DNA from: Eledone cirrhosa
Lineage: Eukaryota
Direction: 5' to 3'
Length of the DNA stretch: 64,000 nt
Assembly (NCBI GenBank): GCA_964016885.1
Contig: OZ024741.1
Coordinates: 276,086,001 to 276,150,000 of the forward strand
Within the stretch, counting starts at the first letter, position 1, and every line of letters begins with the position of its first letter. Shown here piece by piece: positions 41,371 through 54,721 of the stretch. Both the position numbers and the translations under genes were made by a program. The notes under the pieces were generated by a model that worked only from the letters and a program-made list of their open reading frames with translations, was not told the DNA's origin and did not search any database.

Positions 41371-41869
41371 ATATATATACATGATCATAGATGGACCATA
41401 ACCCGCCAGAGTAATTGAAACAGCTGGAGCTCAGCCATTGGGGGAGGCGAGGGGGGGGGGGGGTCCTGAATCTTTTCATATATATATACATGTATATCAT
41501 CATCATCATCATCATCATCGTTTAACGTCTATCTTCCATGCTAGCATGGGTTTATATATAGATAGATATAGATACACGTGTGTGAGTGTGTGTGTGTGTG
41601 TGTGTGTGTCATATTATCAAGGTTCAAATCCCGCCGAGGTTAACTTTACCTTTCATCATTACGGGGTCGATAAAATAAAGTACCAGTAATGTACTGGGAT
41701 AATTGCTGGCCTTGTGCCAAAAGTAGAAACAATTATATTATATACAGAAACACATTAAGAAACAACACATGGTAGTAAAGATGAGAAATTTGACTTACAT
41801 AGTATAATGTAGTTCAACAAGGAAGGACAGACTAAAAATGTCCTAAATACTATTTTTCTTTTTAATTTC

Positions 41870-42881
41870 TGCTGCTGCTGCTGCTGCTAGTGATTGTGAT
41901 GGTGGGTGTGGTGAACATTGTATTGGTGGTGGTGGTGATGGTGGTGGTGGTGGTGGTGGTGGTGGTGGTGGTGGTGGTTGTTGCAGTGGTGGTGGTGGTA
42001 GGTGTATTGTTGGTGGTGGTGATGGTGGTTGTTGTGTGGTTGTTGTAGTGGTAGTGGTGGTGGTGGTGGGTGTATTGTTGGTGGTGGTTGTTGCAGTGGT
42101 GGTGGTGGTGGTGGTGGTAGGTGTATTGTTGGTGGTGGTGATGGTGGTTGTTGTGTGGTTGTTGTAGTGGTAGTGGTGGTGGTGGTGGGTGTATTGTTGG
42201 TGGTGGTTGTTGCAGTGGTGGTGGTGGTGGTGGTGGTAGGTGTATTGTTGGTGGTGGTGATGGTGGTTGTTGTGTGGTTCTTGTAGTGGTAGTGGTGGTG
42301 GTGGTGGGTGTATTGATGTTGGTAGTAGTAGTGGTGGTGGTGGTGGTGGTGGTGATAATGGTCATGGTTGTTGTTGTTGTGGTGGTGTTGGTGTTACTAT
42401 TGGAGGTATTCCTATTGGAGGAGGTAATAGTTGTGGTGGTGATGGTGTTACTATTGGAGGTAGTGGTGGTGATGGTGTTACTATCAGAGGTAGTGGTGGC
42501 AGTGGTGGTGATGGTGGTGGTAGTGGTGGTGGTGGTGTTACTATTGGAGAGGTGATGGTGGTGGTGTTACTATTAGTGGTGATGGTGGTGGTGTTACTAT
42601 TGGAGGTAGTGGTGGTGGTGTGAGTATGGTGCTAAAAAGTTACTGTTAACCTCAGGTCAGTCATGATAAAACAAACAAATCTACAATGAAAAGCGGTTGG
42701 ACTCTGACCACTCAGTAATTTGGTTTTAAACACAGTACATAGATCGTTTGTATAGTTTCAATTGTTAGTTAAAAGGATAGGATGTGATTTGAGGGTGATT
42801 TGGCTGCTATTTCTACCAGGTTCTACGACCATATTCAGGCTGACACTAGTAAGCGGAAGTATGAAATTGTGAAATTAACCT

Positions 42882-42913
<32 letters not shown>

Positions 42914-43915
42914 GGTGGTAGCAGCAACAGTAGTAGTAGTAGTAGTAGTAGTATAGTTACTAATGTTACTAAGTGATGTAGTAATGGGGAAAATACCACT
43001 GTAGTCACAGACATGAAGTATTATTATAGATATGTTAATGGTGGTGGTGGTGGTGGTGGTTGTGGTAGTGGTGATGGTGATGGTGGTGGTGTTAGAAGTG
43101 GGGTTGTGATGATGGTAGTGGGTAGTGGTCATGGTGTGGTGGTTGCATTGTTGTTGGTGGTGGTGATGGTGGTGTTGTATGAGGTGGTGGTGATGGTGGT
43201 GGTAGTGATGGTGTGTGAGGTGGTGGTGGTGGTAGTGATGGTGGTGGTGTTGTATGAGGTGGTGGTGGCGGTGGTAGTGATGGTGTTGTTGGTGGCGGTG
43301 TTGTATGAGGTGGTGGTAGTGATGGTGGTGTTGTATGAGGTGGTGGTGGTGGTTTTGGTGGTGGTGTTGTATGAGGTGGTGGTGGCGGAGGTAGTGATGG
43401 TGTTGTTGGTGGCGGTGTTGTATGAGGTGGTGGTAGTGATGGTGGTGTTGTATGAGGTGGTGGTGGTGGTTTTGGTGTTGTATGAGGTGGTGGTGGTGCT
43501 GGTAGTGATTGTGTTGTTGATGGTACTGATGGTGTTGTGGTTGGTGGTGGTGCATGAGGTGGTGGTAGTGATGGTGTTGCTGGTGGTGGTGTATGAGGTG
43601 GTGATAGTGATGGTGGTGATGGTGTTGTTGTGGTTGGTGGTGGTGCATGAGGTGGTGGTAGTGATGGTGTTGCTGGTGGTGGTATATGAGGTGGTGATAG
43701 TGATGGTGTTGGTATGAGGTGGTGGTGGTGATGGTGTTGTTGTGGTTGGTGGTGGTGGTGGTGTATGAGGTGGTGATAGTGATGGTGTTGGTGTTGTTGG
43801 TGGTGGTGGTGTTGTATGAGGTGGTGGTAGTGATGGTGTTGGTTTTGTTGGTGGTAGTGGTGTTGGTGGTGGTGTTGTTGGTGTTGGTTGTGGTGGTGGT
43901 GTTGTTGTTGGTGGC
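41870..43915. repeat. (GGT)n/(GTA)n-rich low-complexity tracts
   Basis: Two blocks (41870-42620 and 42880-43915) with internal duplications. Confidence 0.95.
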
Positions 43916-44059
43916 TACAACAGGTCATTAGATATATAAGGAGGGGAGCATGAAGAGTCAAACAATATTCACTGATTTACACAGAACCATACATACACAC
44001 ACACACTCATACACACACGTACACACACACATATACACAGAACACACACACACACACAT

Positions 44060-44390
44060 ACATTGGGTTTTATAATAATAAACAAGAAAGCCGGGGTTTT
44101 ATTCATACATCCCTATTTATTTTGTTATACGAATTTCAAAGACATAAGGCAATTGTATAACAACTGCCCTACGTGTTCTCTTCAGACAAAAATCCAAACG
44201 AGATGTAAAGTTCCATTGATATATTACTGGTCATGCATGTTATTCACTTCACCGACCAGTAAGCATATGTCAGAATTCCTCAAGTAGCAGTTCTTATATC
44301 TGCGGGAAATAATTATTCCAATTGGTGTTCCTGCTTGCGAACTGGCTAGGGTATCAAGTTACTGGATTCGTCATTCATCGCTTGATTCAT
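44060..44390 (-). pseudogene. Possible highly degenerate Penelope-like GIY-YIG fragment
   Basis: Minus-strand pieces NCYLRNSDICLLVGE and PVIYQ resemble the linker and GIY motif of the element at 7.4-7.6 kb. Confidence 0.35.
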
Positions 44391-44559
44391 AGTAAGGCCT
44401 GCAGAAACTGTTAGTCTATTTTTTTTTTTATACTAGATTTTATTCACTTAGATACTAATTCAAATTTTAGATATTTGTACTTTGATACTGATATTATAAT
44501 ATATCTATATATTTATTAATGTTTATTTAATTTTTATCTATATACTCTAGAAAATGTCT

Positions 44560-45260
44560 TATTAATTTTGAGTAAACAAGAATTTAAAATTTCAGAGTGT
44601 TTATTAATATGATTTACCGCCTTGAGTCCTATTCCCCTCTTGGACTCAATTCACCTCCCCAATTTCTCTAATACCTCGTCCATTATCACACCCCTAGATT
44701 CCTATTGCTTTCTCTTGATCATTAACATCTTCTCTTACAACTAATACAGGCCGATTATATATGCTCACTCCATTTTTTCCCTTCACTGCTCTGTATACAC
44801 ACATACACACCGTTATATTAACATACTTTTGCTCATAGCTTCGTACTTACATGCGCACACACTGTTTTACTCACATATACACACACATTTCTTCTTAGCT
44901 TCGAATGGGCGTATAACAAACACACACACACATGCTTACGCATATGCACAAGTATAGCTCTTTTTACAAAACAGTGTTTTTTTTCCATTTCAGGTAGATG
45001 CGTTCGACATCCACTTTTCTAAAAAAACAAATCATACCAAAACGCCAAGCACACCAACAGTTTTGCAAGAGATGTCAACAGGAATGGACCTGTTATTTTT
45101 ATCTAGACATTTTTACAATTCCAACCCGCCTGTCCCCTCAATCTATTTTATTTCTCATTCTTTCTTCTGATGAAGGACTAGCATCCAAAACGTTAAGACC
45201 TCTTCCTGCTATATCAAGCATTAACCTAATATATCCCTTCCATATACTGTACTGATTGTG
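44560..45260 (+). mobile_element. Old Penelope-like element 3' end with degenerate hammerhead
   Basis: IYRLESYSPLGLN (44612-44650) is typical of GIY-YIG C-termini. ctgatgaaggactagcatccaaaacgtt lies at 45167-45194. Confidence 0.55.
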
Positions 45261-45304
45261 TTGTTATTTCTGTTTACCCTTTACATACATACATACATTC
45301 ATAC

Positions 45305-45740
45305 ATAGACCCAAGAAGACATGGGATGAAGTGATAAAAGCATATCTTGTACAATTACACCTCTTAAATGTGATGGCACAGGATCGTGATCTCTGGCACT
45401 ATGCAGTAATAGAGAAGCCCCACCTTCCTATGGGCACAGGTAGAAACATATGTCTAGTACGCACTACTCTCCCTTACCCTCCCCTTCCCATACAACTCCA
45501 ACACCCTAACACCCCCCCCCCTTGATCCACCCATTACCAGATAAGTGCCCCACCCTACATCTACTTCACCAATCCCCATGTACCTCCCCCACCCCAGCCC
45601 ACATTGTAAAGTGGTTGTGTAGGTATCATGACAAAAAGCACCCAGTTCACACTGTAAAGTGGTTATTTTGGTGCCACAATAAAAGGCACTCAGTTACACA
45701 CTGTAAATGGGGTTGGTATTAGGAAGGGCATCCAGCGTAT
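45305..45740 (+). mobile_element. Diverged RTE family B-like 3' fragment
   Basis: RPKKTWDEVI..QDRDLWHYAVIEK, followed by 48-bp-type units and ggaagggcatccagc. Confidence 0.7.
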
Positions 45741-46173
45741 AAATCAAGCCATAATCGGTCCACTGTGCATTGATGGTCATTTTATTGACCCCCTATAAGA
45801 ATGAAAGGCAAAAACTAACCTCGGCAGGATTTGAACTCAGAATGTAAAGGGCCATAATTTATACCTCAAAGCATGCTGCCTGATGCTCTACCAATCTACT
45901 GCCAAACGACACTCTACCAAACGATTACTGCCTATCCACTGTAGGGAATAAAATAATAAATATAACAAATCTGTATTGATGCTCGACACAGCGATATACA
46001 TGTGAATGTACGTATTGAATAATATATGGGTTCATCAGCTCCGTTTAACGTCCATTTTCCCACACAGTCCTGGGTTAGATGATTTATCCTGTTGTGAGAA
46101 ATGCCAGGACAGGTGGCCATGTCTTGCTCATACAGAACCAATTTGGGCTTGGTTTCTATAACTCATTTACAGT

Positions 46174-46428
46174 GATGTTTATGAAAAACATTTTGAAGGC
46201 CTTTTGCTATGAATTTTTAAGGTTGTGATCAAACATAGGCTGGAATCAATATGATTCAAGCATACATTAGCCTCAACAAAGACGGGGTGATATGTAATCT
46301 CGATAAAAGCTAATATGCTAGAACTGTGTCAATTACTTCCCTGTTTTTGCTGAGGTTGGATGTGTGATGTTGATCACAGCCTTAAAATTTCATAGTGAAA
46401 GACCTTCAAAATGTTTTTCATAAACATC
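46174..46428. mobile_element. Fold-back element/MITE with ~60-bp imperfect inverted arms
   Basis: gatgtttatgaaaaacattttgaagg... pairs with ...ccttcaaaatgtttttcataaacatc. Confidence 0.7.
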
Positions 46429-46462
46429 CCATATATTATTGAATATACAATATGTACATATA

Positions 46463-46816
46463 CAGGGTGTCCCCCAAAAATGTCTACACACTTCAACAGC
46501 AAAAAAAAAAATACATTAAAATAAGTTCTGTTTTATATGCATTATTTAAATTATGAGTTCAAATCCCGCCGAGGTTGACTTTGCCTTTCATCCTTACGGG
46601 GTCGATAAAATAGAGTACCAGTAATGCACTGGGTAATTGCTGGCCTTGTGCCTAAAGTAGAAACAATTATTTAAATTATGTAAACATTTTGGGAGTGTTT
46701 AAATACAATTGAATTATGCCTGTAGATCATTTTATTTTGGGGGAAAGGCTGTGCATTCTAATAAATATTGCCTGTACAGGTAATCAAAGTGTGTATACAT
46801 TTTGGGGGACACCCAG
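46463..46816. mobile_element. Tc1/mariner-type MITE with nested SINE
   Basis: TA-cagggtgtcccccaaaaatgtctacacactt ... aagtgtgtatacattttgggggacacccag-TA. The SINE at 46556-46665 is flanked by the 15-bp duplication attatttaaattatg. Confidence 0.85.
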
Positions 46817-46880
46817 TATATATATATAACAATTATTTAAACATCATGTGATTAGGAGCCAGTATGACAATTATTTAGTA

Positions 46881-46992
46881 CTAGCTGGCCCATCCGGCTG
46901 GCGCTCGGCCTAGGTATACCTGCCCCCACCACTCCACTGCAAAGATACAACACACCCTCCTGTGTCACATTGTCCTTCCGACTCTCTCTCTC
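46881..46992 (-). mobile_element. Probable Helitron 3' terminus running into the gap
   Basis: Minus strand reads ccgagcgccagccgg (imperfect hairpin), atgggccag, CTAG, T. The layout matches 5980-6007. Confidence 0.55.
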
Positions 46993-47192
46993 NNNNNNNN
47001 NNNNNNNNNNNNNNNNNNNNNNNNNNNNNNNNNNNNNNNNNNNNNNNNNNNNNNNNNNNNNNNNNNNNNNNNNNNNNNNNNNNNNNNNNNNNNNNNNNNN
47101 NNNNNNNNNNNNNNNNNNNNNNNNNNNNNNNNNNNNNNNNNNNNNNNNNNNNNNNNNNNNNNNNNNNNNNNNNNNNNNNNNNNNNNNNNNNN
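46993..47192. other. Assembly gap (200 N)
   Basis: Run of N. Confidence 1.
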
Positions 47193-47980
47193 AGAAGTGG
47201 GAGAATTCTGGCCGGATAAAGCCAGTTTGAATGCTAAAGCGTTAAACATCATGTTATTAGAAACAGGAAGTGGAATTTGAAATTGAATTGAACTAGATAC
47301 AGTGAAATTATTAATTCACTTCAATGATAATTATTGTACTCAGAACTACAAAACATCCGAACATAAGCAGGATATATGATAAACACACCCAGTACACTCT
47401 GTAAAGAGGCTGGTGAGAGGAAGGGTATCCAGCCATAGAAAGTTCACCAAGGTTTTTCAGTTGTTTCAAAAACATGACAGCCTCACTAGTGTTGGTGATT
47501 GACATGATAAAAACACACAGTACACTCTGTAAAGTGGATGGTGATAGGAAGAGTATCCAGCATAGAAATCTGCCAAATAACAGGTCAGGAGACCTTTAGG
47601 TTGTGTCAAAAACCTGACAACGTTCCTAGTGTTGGTGATCTACATGATAAACACACCCAGTACACCCTGTAAACCTGACAGTCTCCCTGAAGAGAAAGAA
47701 AGAGTGGGCGAAAGAGAAAGACAAAGTGATAGAGCGAAAGAGAGTGAGAGAGAGAAAAGAGAAAAGGAGAAAGAGAAAAAAGAAAAGGAGAGAGGAAGTT
47801 AGAAAGAGATATAGATTTGGAATCGATCCCTATAGTGGACTGGTACTATTTTTACCAACAAAGTTGACTTTGTAAAGTTTTAATTCAGAGAGTTGGAACC
47901 AATACTGCGAAGCATTTATCCAACATTCTAACCACTTTACCAATTCACCAAATATACAGTAAATAAAATATTTCACTTAA

Positions 47981-48519
47981 CCCTTTAGCATTTACATTAC
48001 TCTATATTTACTATTATATTTTCACAGTAAAGGTTTTACCTCATAATTATATCACATAATGTAGAATCTATGAGATTTTGATATGATTTATTTCAAGAAC
48101 AATACCTTAATGGCTGGTTTGAACAGAAAGAGGTGAGAGAATTCTGGCCAGATACAGCCGGTTTAAATGCTAAAGCAGAGGTTCTCAAATGGATGCTACT
48201 GACCCTTAGGGGTGTTGAGAAGGTTCAATGGGGGGGGGGGCTAAGGGGGCAGTAGAGATGATATAATAGTATATTAAATATTTAAATATCAAATGATACA
48301 TATTATATATAAATATAGTAAAATAAAAAATACATAATATTATTTATACATAGTATATATTATATTATTTATTATATATAAATTAACAATTTTATTTATT
48401 ATATATTATTTGCAATTTACTCTGGAAATAGGGTTGGGGGCAGTTGAGGGTATGACATGGCCATGAGGTGAGGGGGGGGGGGCAGTGGCCCAAAAGATGA
48501 GAACCTCTGTGCTAAAGGG
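47981..48519. mobile_element. piggyBac-type MITE interrupted by a hAT-type MITE
   Basis: TTAA flanks at 47977-47980 and 48520-48523. Confidence 0.85.
48176..48509. mobile_element. hAT-type MITE
   Basis: 12-bp TIR cagaggttctca/tgagaacctctg, with 8-bp TSD TGCTAAAG at 48168-48175 and 48510-48517. Confidence 0.88.
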
Positions 48520-49354
48520 TTAATAAGAAACAAATCAATTTAATATTTCTTACGTTTTCTGCAGGGGTAGAAACATTGCTTTCATTTGTTTAAAAGTATC
48601 CATTTTTTTAGACCCATTTCTTGTACAAAACCTCGACAAGTGATAAATCTGTAGTTTGCACAAATATGAAAACTAAATGTCACCATAGTAGTCACTTGAT
48701 AAGTTCTGTGACCTTTTATTTCTTGCAATGTGTAGCTGCTGATGATGTTTCGTATAAATCTCTAATAGCACCCCAAAAAAAAAACTGCTAACATTTTTCT
48801 TCCAAAATTGTTCTTTTTTCAGAATAATCAGAACATTGAAAGAATAAGTCTAACATTTGTTGTTGTTGCTGGTGCTGGTGTGTGTTTAGTCCTCAAATGA
48901 GTAGATATATGATCAAAGCTATTGCAGCCATTAACATCATCCTGTCCTTCTATCAGGCATAGTGTATCTAGACTACATATGTATTTTCTCTACTTTTTGA
49001 AAATGTAGTTTGTGATTTGAGGGGAATTTGGTTGCTATCTCTAACAGGTTTAATGACCATGTCAAAGTTTCCTCTAATCTAGGTGGATCTCATCCTGTTC
49101 TTCTGTCATGCATAGTGTATCAAGAACTACATTATCCAATGTGTATTTTCTCTATTTTTTTAACAGTCCTATACGAGCGAGACACAGTCACCCGATCAAT
49201 CTTGCCTCAAGTGGGACAATTCCCGTCTAACCCATGTTAGTGTGGAAGATAGATGTTAAACGATGATGATGATGATGGTAGTGTGTGATTTGAGGGGAAT
49301 TTGGCTGCCATCTCTAGCAGGCATATTGGAGGAGGGGAGGGGGTGGGGCTCCGA

Positions 49355-50525
49355 CTCCAAGTGACAGCAGAGCACATCACATTTTTTCAGGTGGGGGGAT
49401 GGCAGTATCTCCAACTTCATATGACAGCAGAGCACATCACATCCTTTTAAGGTGAGGAGATAGGGAGTGTCTCCAACTCTACATGACAGCAGAGCACATC
49501 ACATTTTGTCCAAGCGAGGCAAGAGCAGCACTCCAACTCTACATGACAGCAGAGCACATCACATTTTGTCCAAGCGAGGCAAGAGCAGCACTCCAACTCT
49601 ACATGACAGCAGAGCACATCACATTTTGTACAAGCAGGGCAAAGGGAGCTCTCCAACTCTACATGACAGCAGAGCACATCACATTTTGTACAAGCAGAGC
49701 AAAGGGAGCTCTCCAACTCTGCATGACAGCAGAGCACATTACATTTTGTACAAGCAGGGCAAAGGGAGCTCTCCAACTCTACATGACAGCAGAGCACATC
49801 ACATTTTGTACAAGCAGAGCAAAGGGAGCTCTCCAACTCTGCATGACAGCAGAGCACATTACATTTTGTACAAGCAGGGCAAAGGGAGCTCTCCAACTCT
49901 ACATGACAGCAGAGCACATTACATTTTGTACAAGCAGGGCAAAGGGAGCTCTCCAACTCTACATGACAGCAGAGCACATTACATTTTGTACAAGCAGGGC
50001 AAAGGGAGCTCTCCAACTCTACATGACAGCAGAGCACATCACATTTTGAACAAGCAGGGCAAAGGGAGCTCTCCAACTCTACATGACAGCAGAGCACATC
50101 ACATTTTGTACAAGCAGGGCAAAGGGAGTTCTCCAACTCTACATAACAGCAGAGCACATCACATTTTGTACAAGCAGGGCAAAGGGAGCTCTCCAACTCT
50201 ACATGACAGCAGAGCACATCACATTTTGTACAAGCAGGGCAAAGGGAGCTCTCCAATTCTACATGGCAGCAGAGCACATCACATTTTGTACAAGCAGGGC
50301 AAAGGGAGCTATCCAACTCTACATGACAGCAGAGCACATCACATTTTGTACAAACAGGGCAAAGGGAGCTCTCCAACTCTACATGACAGCAGAGCACATC
50401 ACATTTTGTACAAGCAGGGCAAAGGGAGCTCTCCAACTCTACATGACAGCAGAGCACATCACATTTTGTACAAGCAGGGCAAAGGGAGCTCTCCAACTCA
50501 TCATGACATGAGGGCACATCACGTT
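49355..50525. repeat. 60-bp minisatellite, ~17 homogeneous copies plus diverged edges
   Basis: ctccaactctacatgacagcagagcacatcacattttgtacaagcagggcaaagggagct stays in register on the 60-nt lines. Confidence 0.98.
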
Positions 50526-51619
50526 TCTCGAGTGGGGCAAGGGGGTCTCCAGCCTTCTAGAAACAATTGATGACCGAAGGCTAGTCCACAAACCATCCTC
50601 CAGGGTAACACCTTCTTTATTTTGTCTACCCAGGCTGCGGGGTGGCCAGCGCATAGACCCCAATTGCTCATAAGAGTGAGAGATGGGGAGAGCAGGAGAG
50701 GCGGAGGCAGTGACGGTGGGAGTTTGGTTTCTTTGTGTTGAGACCTGGTTTATATGTGAGAGATGGGTCACAGACCTTACACACAGTATTACAGGATGTA
50801 ACTGTAGATATAAACAGCATGAAACAATCTTATGAAATATTCCCAATTATTCTGGGATTAGATGGCATTTTGTTTTTATTGCTTAGTTAGGGTTGGGGAT
50901 GGAGTATCCATGACCCTTTTCAGGGGCCTCTGAGACTAGTGCGAGAGAAGTTGGATGGTATCCTCAGAGGGACAGGGTGGGAAGGGAGTAAATTGAGCAG
51001 CTGATAAAGTCGACCACTCAAATTAACCATGGCAGGATTTGAACTCAAAATACGAAGAGATGGAACAAATATCACAAAACATCTGATCCAATACTCCAAC
51101 AATTTTACCAGTTTCCAGGTGAAAACTCATGAACAGCCGTGATCAAAGGAGCCCCTTTTTGGGGATGGAGGTGAAATAAATAAATGTGTGAAACCTGTAG
51201 GGTCCAACTCCACCAAAGCACCAAACAGCACCTGCTTGTGAGAAATGGAAATAAGCTAACAAGATCTACAGATCTGAAGATGTTTTCTACTAACTTTGCC
51301 TTTCATCCTTACGGGGTCGATAAAATAAAGTACCAGTAATACACTGGGTATTTGCTGGCCTTGTGCCAAAAGTAGAAACAGTTATTTAAGGACCATAATG
51401 AGAATTTCCTGGTGTGACGACAGCAGGAACGACAAGGACATAGAAAAAGGCATATCCTATGGAATACAATCACTGTAAAGCAGTGAAAGATGCTCAGACA
51501 CTTAGTATGCTTACCCACAAAAAGATCAGTGAGAATCTCTATCCAGTGGAAGCCAACAGGGTGAAAAACAGAGGAGGAGAAGTAGACCTGTGAAGGCCTG
51601 GTTGGTTGAGGACTCATGC

Positions 51620-52024
51620 TAGGTAGAGACATGACAGATCTAGGTCTAGTCTGGGAGCAGGTGTATGACATAGCTTGGAGACCATGGTAGGTGGAGACCT
51701 GACAGATCTAGGTCTAGTCTGAGAGCAGGTGTATGACAGAGCTTAGAGACCATGGTCGGTGGAGACCTGACAGATCTAGGTCTAGTCTGGGAGCAGGTGT
51801 ATGACATAGCTTGGAGACCATGGTAGGTGGAGACCTGACAGATCTAGGTCTAGTCTGGGAGCAGGTGTATGACAGAGCTTGGAGACCATGGTAGGGTGAG
51901 ACCTGACATATCTAGGTCTAGTCTGGGAGCAGGTGTATGACAGAGCTTAGAGACCATGGTAGGGTGAGACATGACAGATCTAGGTCTAGTCTGGGAAGGT
52001 GTATGACAGAGCTTGGAGACCATG
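51620..52024. repeat. 68-bp minisatellite, ~6 copies
   Basis: gacagatctaggtctagtctgggagcaggtgtatgacagagcttggagaccatggtaggtggagacct. Confidence 0.95.
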
Positions 52025-52930
52025 CAAGATCTCTCATTACTTGATAGTCAATAGCAAGCAGGAGACTTTCTCTCCAGTGGAAGACAGGGAGTGAGGAAGA
52101 CTTGTTAAGATGTGTCTAAATGGCAGGTATCATGGTACACAGGTGAAAGAACAAGCTCAGTAAGTGTGTGCGTATGCATGTGTATGAGTGTGTGTGTGTT
52201 CTAAATAGCAGGTAGCATGTTGATAGCTGTGACAACAAAATAAGTGTGTGTGTGTGTGTCTGGCATGACAGGGGGCGGGGCTGTTATTCTAAATAACAGG
52301 TATCTTGGTTGAAAGGTGTGAAAAAGAACTCTGTGTATGGCGGGAAGGGGTGTAGTCTAGATAGCAGGTTTGGTGTGAAGTGTGGGGGTATTCTGAATGG
52401 CAAGTTTAATTAACCTTACCACCTTTTGACCACCTTTAGTTTTCCCAAACTTGAAGAAGAAAAAGAAAAAGAAAAAGAAAAAGAAAAAGAAAATGAAAAT
52501 GAAAATGAAAAAGAAAATGAAAAAGAAAAAGAAGAAAAAGAAGAAGAAGACGAGGAAGAAGAAAAAGAAACAGAAAAAGAAAAAAAAAGAAGACCCACCA
52601 CCACCACCACAATCAAAATTTAAAATATTCGCTGACTAAAATGCATGGTTGTTGAGGTTTTTATTAATTAGATTAATTTGATAAAACATTATTTAATTAG
52701 TGCACTACCAACTGAGTAGCTTCACTAATTATTAAACTAACAATCTGGGTAGTAAGTAGCTTCATGAAGATTGATGATAGAAACAATGAAAATGGAAAGA
52801 ATGAAAGGAAGAAAGAAAGAATGTTCAACAGTTTTCAAAATCAGCCACATCAATAACTCTGTAACAGAAAAATGAAAGAGATTCAATTAAAAATATCTAA
52901 AAATAAAAACTTTCTAAAAATCTTTATTAA

Positions 52931-53148
52931 CCCTTTAGCATTTAAACCGGCCATATCCAGCCAGAATTCTCTCACCTCTTTCTGTTCAAACTGCTTGTAA
53001 CTGGCCAATCATACTAATGTTAAGGTATTGTTCTCAAAATAAATATCAAAATCTCATAGATTCGATATTATGTGAGATAATTATGTAAGACAAAGCCTTT
53101 ACCCCGAAAATAAAATAGTTTATATAGAGTCATGTAAATGCTAAAGGG
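52931..53148. mobile_element. piggyBac-type MITE, complete
   Basis: TTAA on both sides; 14-bp TIR ccctttagcattta. Confidence 0.9.
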
Positions 53149-53723
53149 TTAAAAAATAATGGTTTCTGATTTAGGCACAAGGCCAACAATTTTGAGGGAA
53201 AGGGAAGGTCGATTAAATCAACCCCAGTGCGTGACTGGTACTTTATTTTATTGACTCCATAAGGATGAAAGGCAAAGCTAACCTTGGCAGGATTTGAACT
53301 CAGAATGTTAGAATTTTGTAACTAAACACCACAAAGCATTTTGACTTGCACTCTACCAATTCAATAATAATAACGGTAATGGTTTCTGTTATAGGCACAA
53401 GGCCAGCAATTTTGGGGGAGGGTAAAGTCAATTAGATCGTCAATTAGATCGCCTATCCCATAACCAACTACTTTACAGAGTGTACTGTACTGAGTGCATT
53501 TATAGTGTAGATCACCAACGCTAGAGTGTTTGTCATATCCTTGTCACAATTGATTGAAGTAGAGACTTGTTCAGTTTGTAAGAGAAAGATCTGACAGAAA
53601 CCATTACAACTCACATCGTCTTCATACTTATTGATCCATTGGATAGAAATCAAAGATATTGTTTCCAAAAATTTCCACACCCATCACCAACATTGCCTCC
53701 AGTTAACATCAAGTCTTACTTAA

Positions 53724-53943
53724 CCCTTTACCATTTACATGACTCTATATATACTATTATATTTTCACAGTAAACACTTTATCTCATATAATTATCTTAC
53801 ATAATATTGAATCTACGAGATTTGATATTATTTATTTTGAGAAAAATACCTTAACATTAGTATGAGCAGCCAGTTATGGCTGGTTTGAACAGAAAGAAAT
53901 TAGAGAATCCTGGTTGGATACAGCCGGTTTAAATGCTAAAGGG
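53724..53943. mobile_element. piggyBac-type MITE, complete, opposite orientation to 52931-53148
   Basis: TTAA on both sides; same TIR with one mismatch. Confidence 0.9.
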
Positions 53944-54289
53944 TTAATTCAATAATGCAATCTCTAAATAATCCCTTCTGCAAGAAATAGTTTTGGTAAG
54001 TAGGAAAGAAGACAGGACCCTGATCCCTTCAGGGAAGTGGCCCTGCTCAATATGTAGAAAAGAAGTAGTTAGAAACCCTATATGACATCTAAATCTAGTC
54101 TAATGTCTGTCTCAAGCCAGTGTTTATCCCAGTTTCGTGGCATGAAGCGACTAAGAGTACAACACTCCACCTGGAAAGGATGCCAATCCATCGCAAGGTT
54201 AAACCCTCAACTATTGTTGGTACTCATTGCTATGTATGCTGAAGCAACATGAAATGAAATATTTTGTTTCACTATACGATGTAAGGGTA

Positions 54290-54480
54290 AATAAAGGCCT
54301 CCCTCAGTCATGAGGGAGATTTGCACCTAGAAAGTTGCCATCTGAGGCACAAGTCTGAGTAAGGTTGTTTGTTTAAGACCAGCGGTCACCCATGTATACC
54401 AGTCTCCTGCCTCCATGTCACTGATGTTGTCCAAGGGAAAGACAAAGGCTGATACAGCTTCGCACCAGTGACATCACAAC
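54290..54480 (-). repeat. Dispersed repeat (SINE body), second copy at ~59705-59870 (+)
   Basis: Shared acttgtgcct..ga.gg.aactttctaggt.caaat and upstream ggag.ctggta. Confidence 0.6.
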
Positions 54481-54721
54481 TAATATATACACTATATATA
54501 CATTACATATAAACATTCATCATCATCATCCGCATTGTCTCATGTCGATCTTCCACGCTAACATGGGTTTGATGGGAGTTCTCCTACTTGAGGCAAGATT
54601 GGTCGGGTGACCGTGTCTCGCTCGTATAGGACTATCTAAGCAGGTTTTCTGAGGCTGGATGCCCTTCCTAACACCAGCCACATTTACAGTGTGGACTGGG
54701 AGCTTTTTACCGTGTTACCTA

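Noticed and set aside
41862-43961. His-, Gly-, Val- or Pro-rich ORFs (e.g. a His-rich beak protein)
   Set aside because: These are translations of (GGT)n low-complexity DNA open in several frames on both strands, with no signal peptide or exon evidence.
46993-47192. ORFs spanning the N run, and any linkage argument across it
   Set aside because: This is an assembly gap, so the true distance and contiguity between the two sides are unknown.
48550-48850. Possible host exon in unique-looking sequence
   Set aside because: Splice-like signals are present, but the frames I translated were short and unrecognisable.
52416-52639. Lys/Glu-rich ORFs
   Set aside because: (GAAAAA)n simple repeat.
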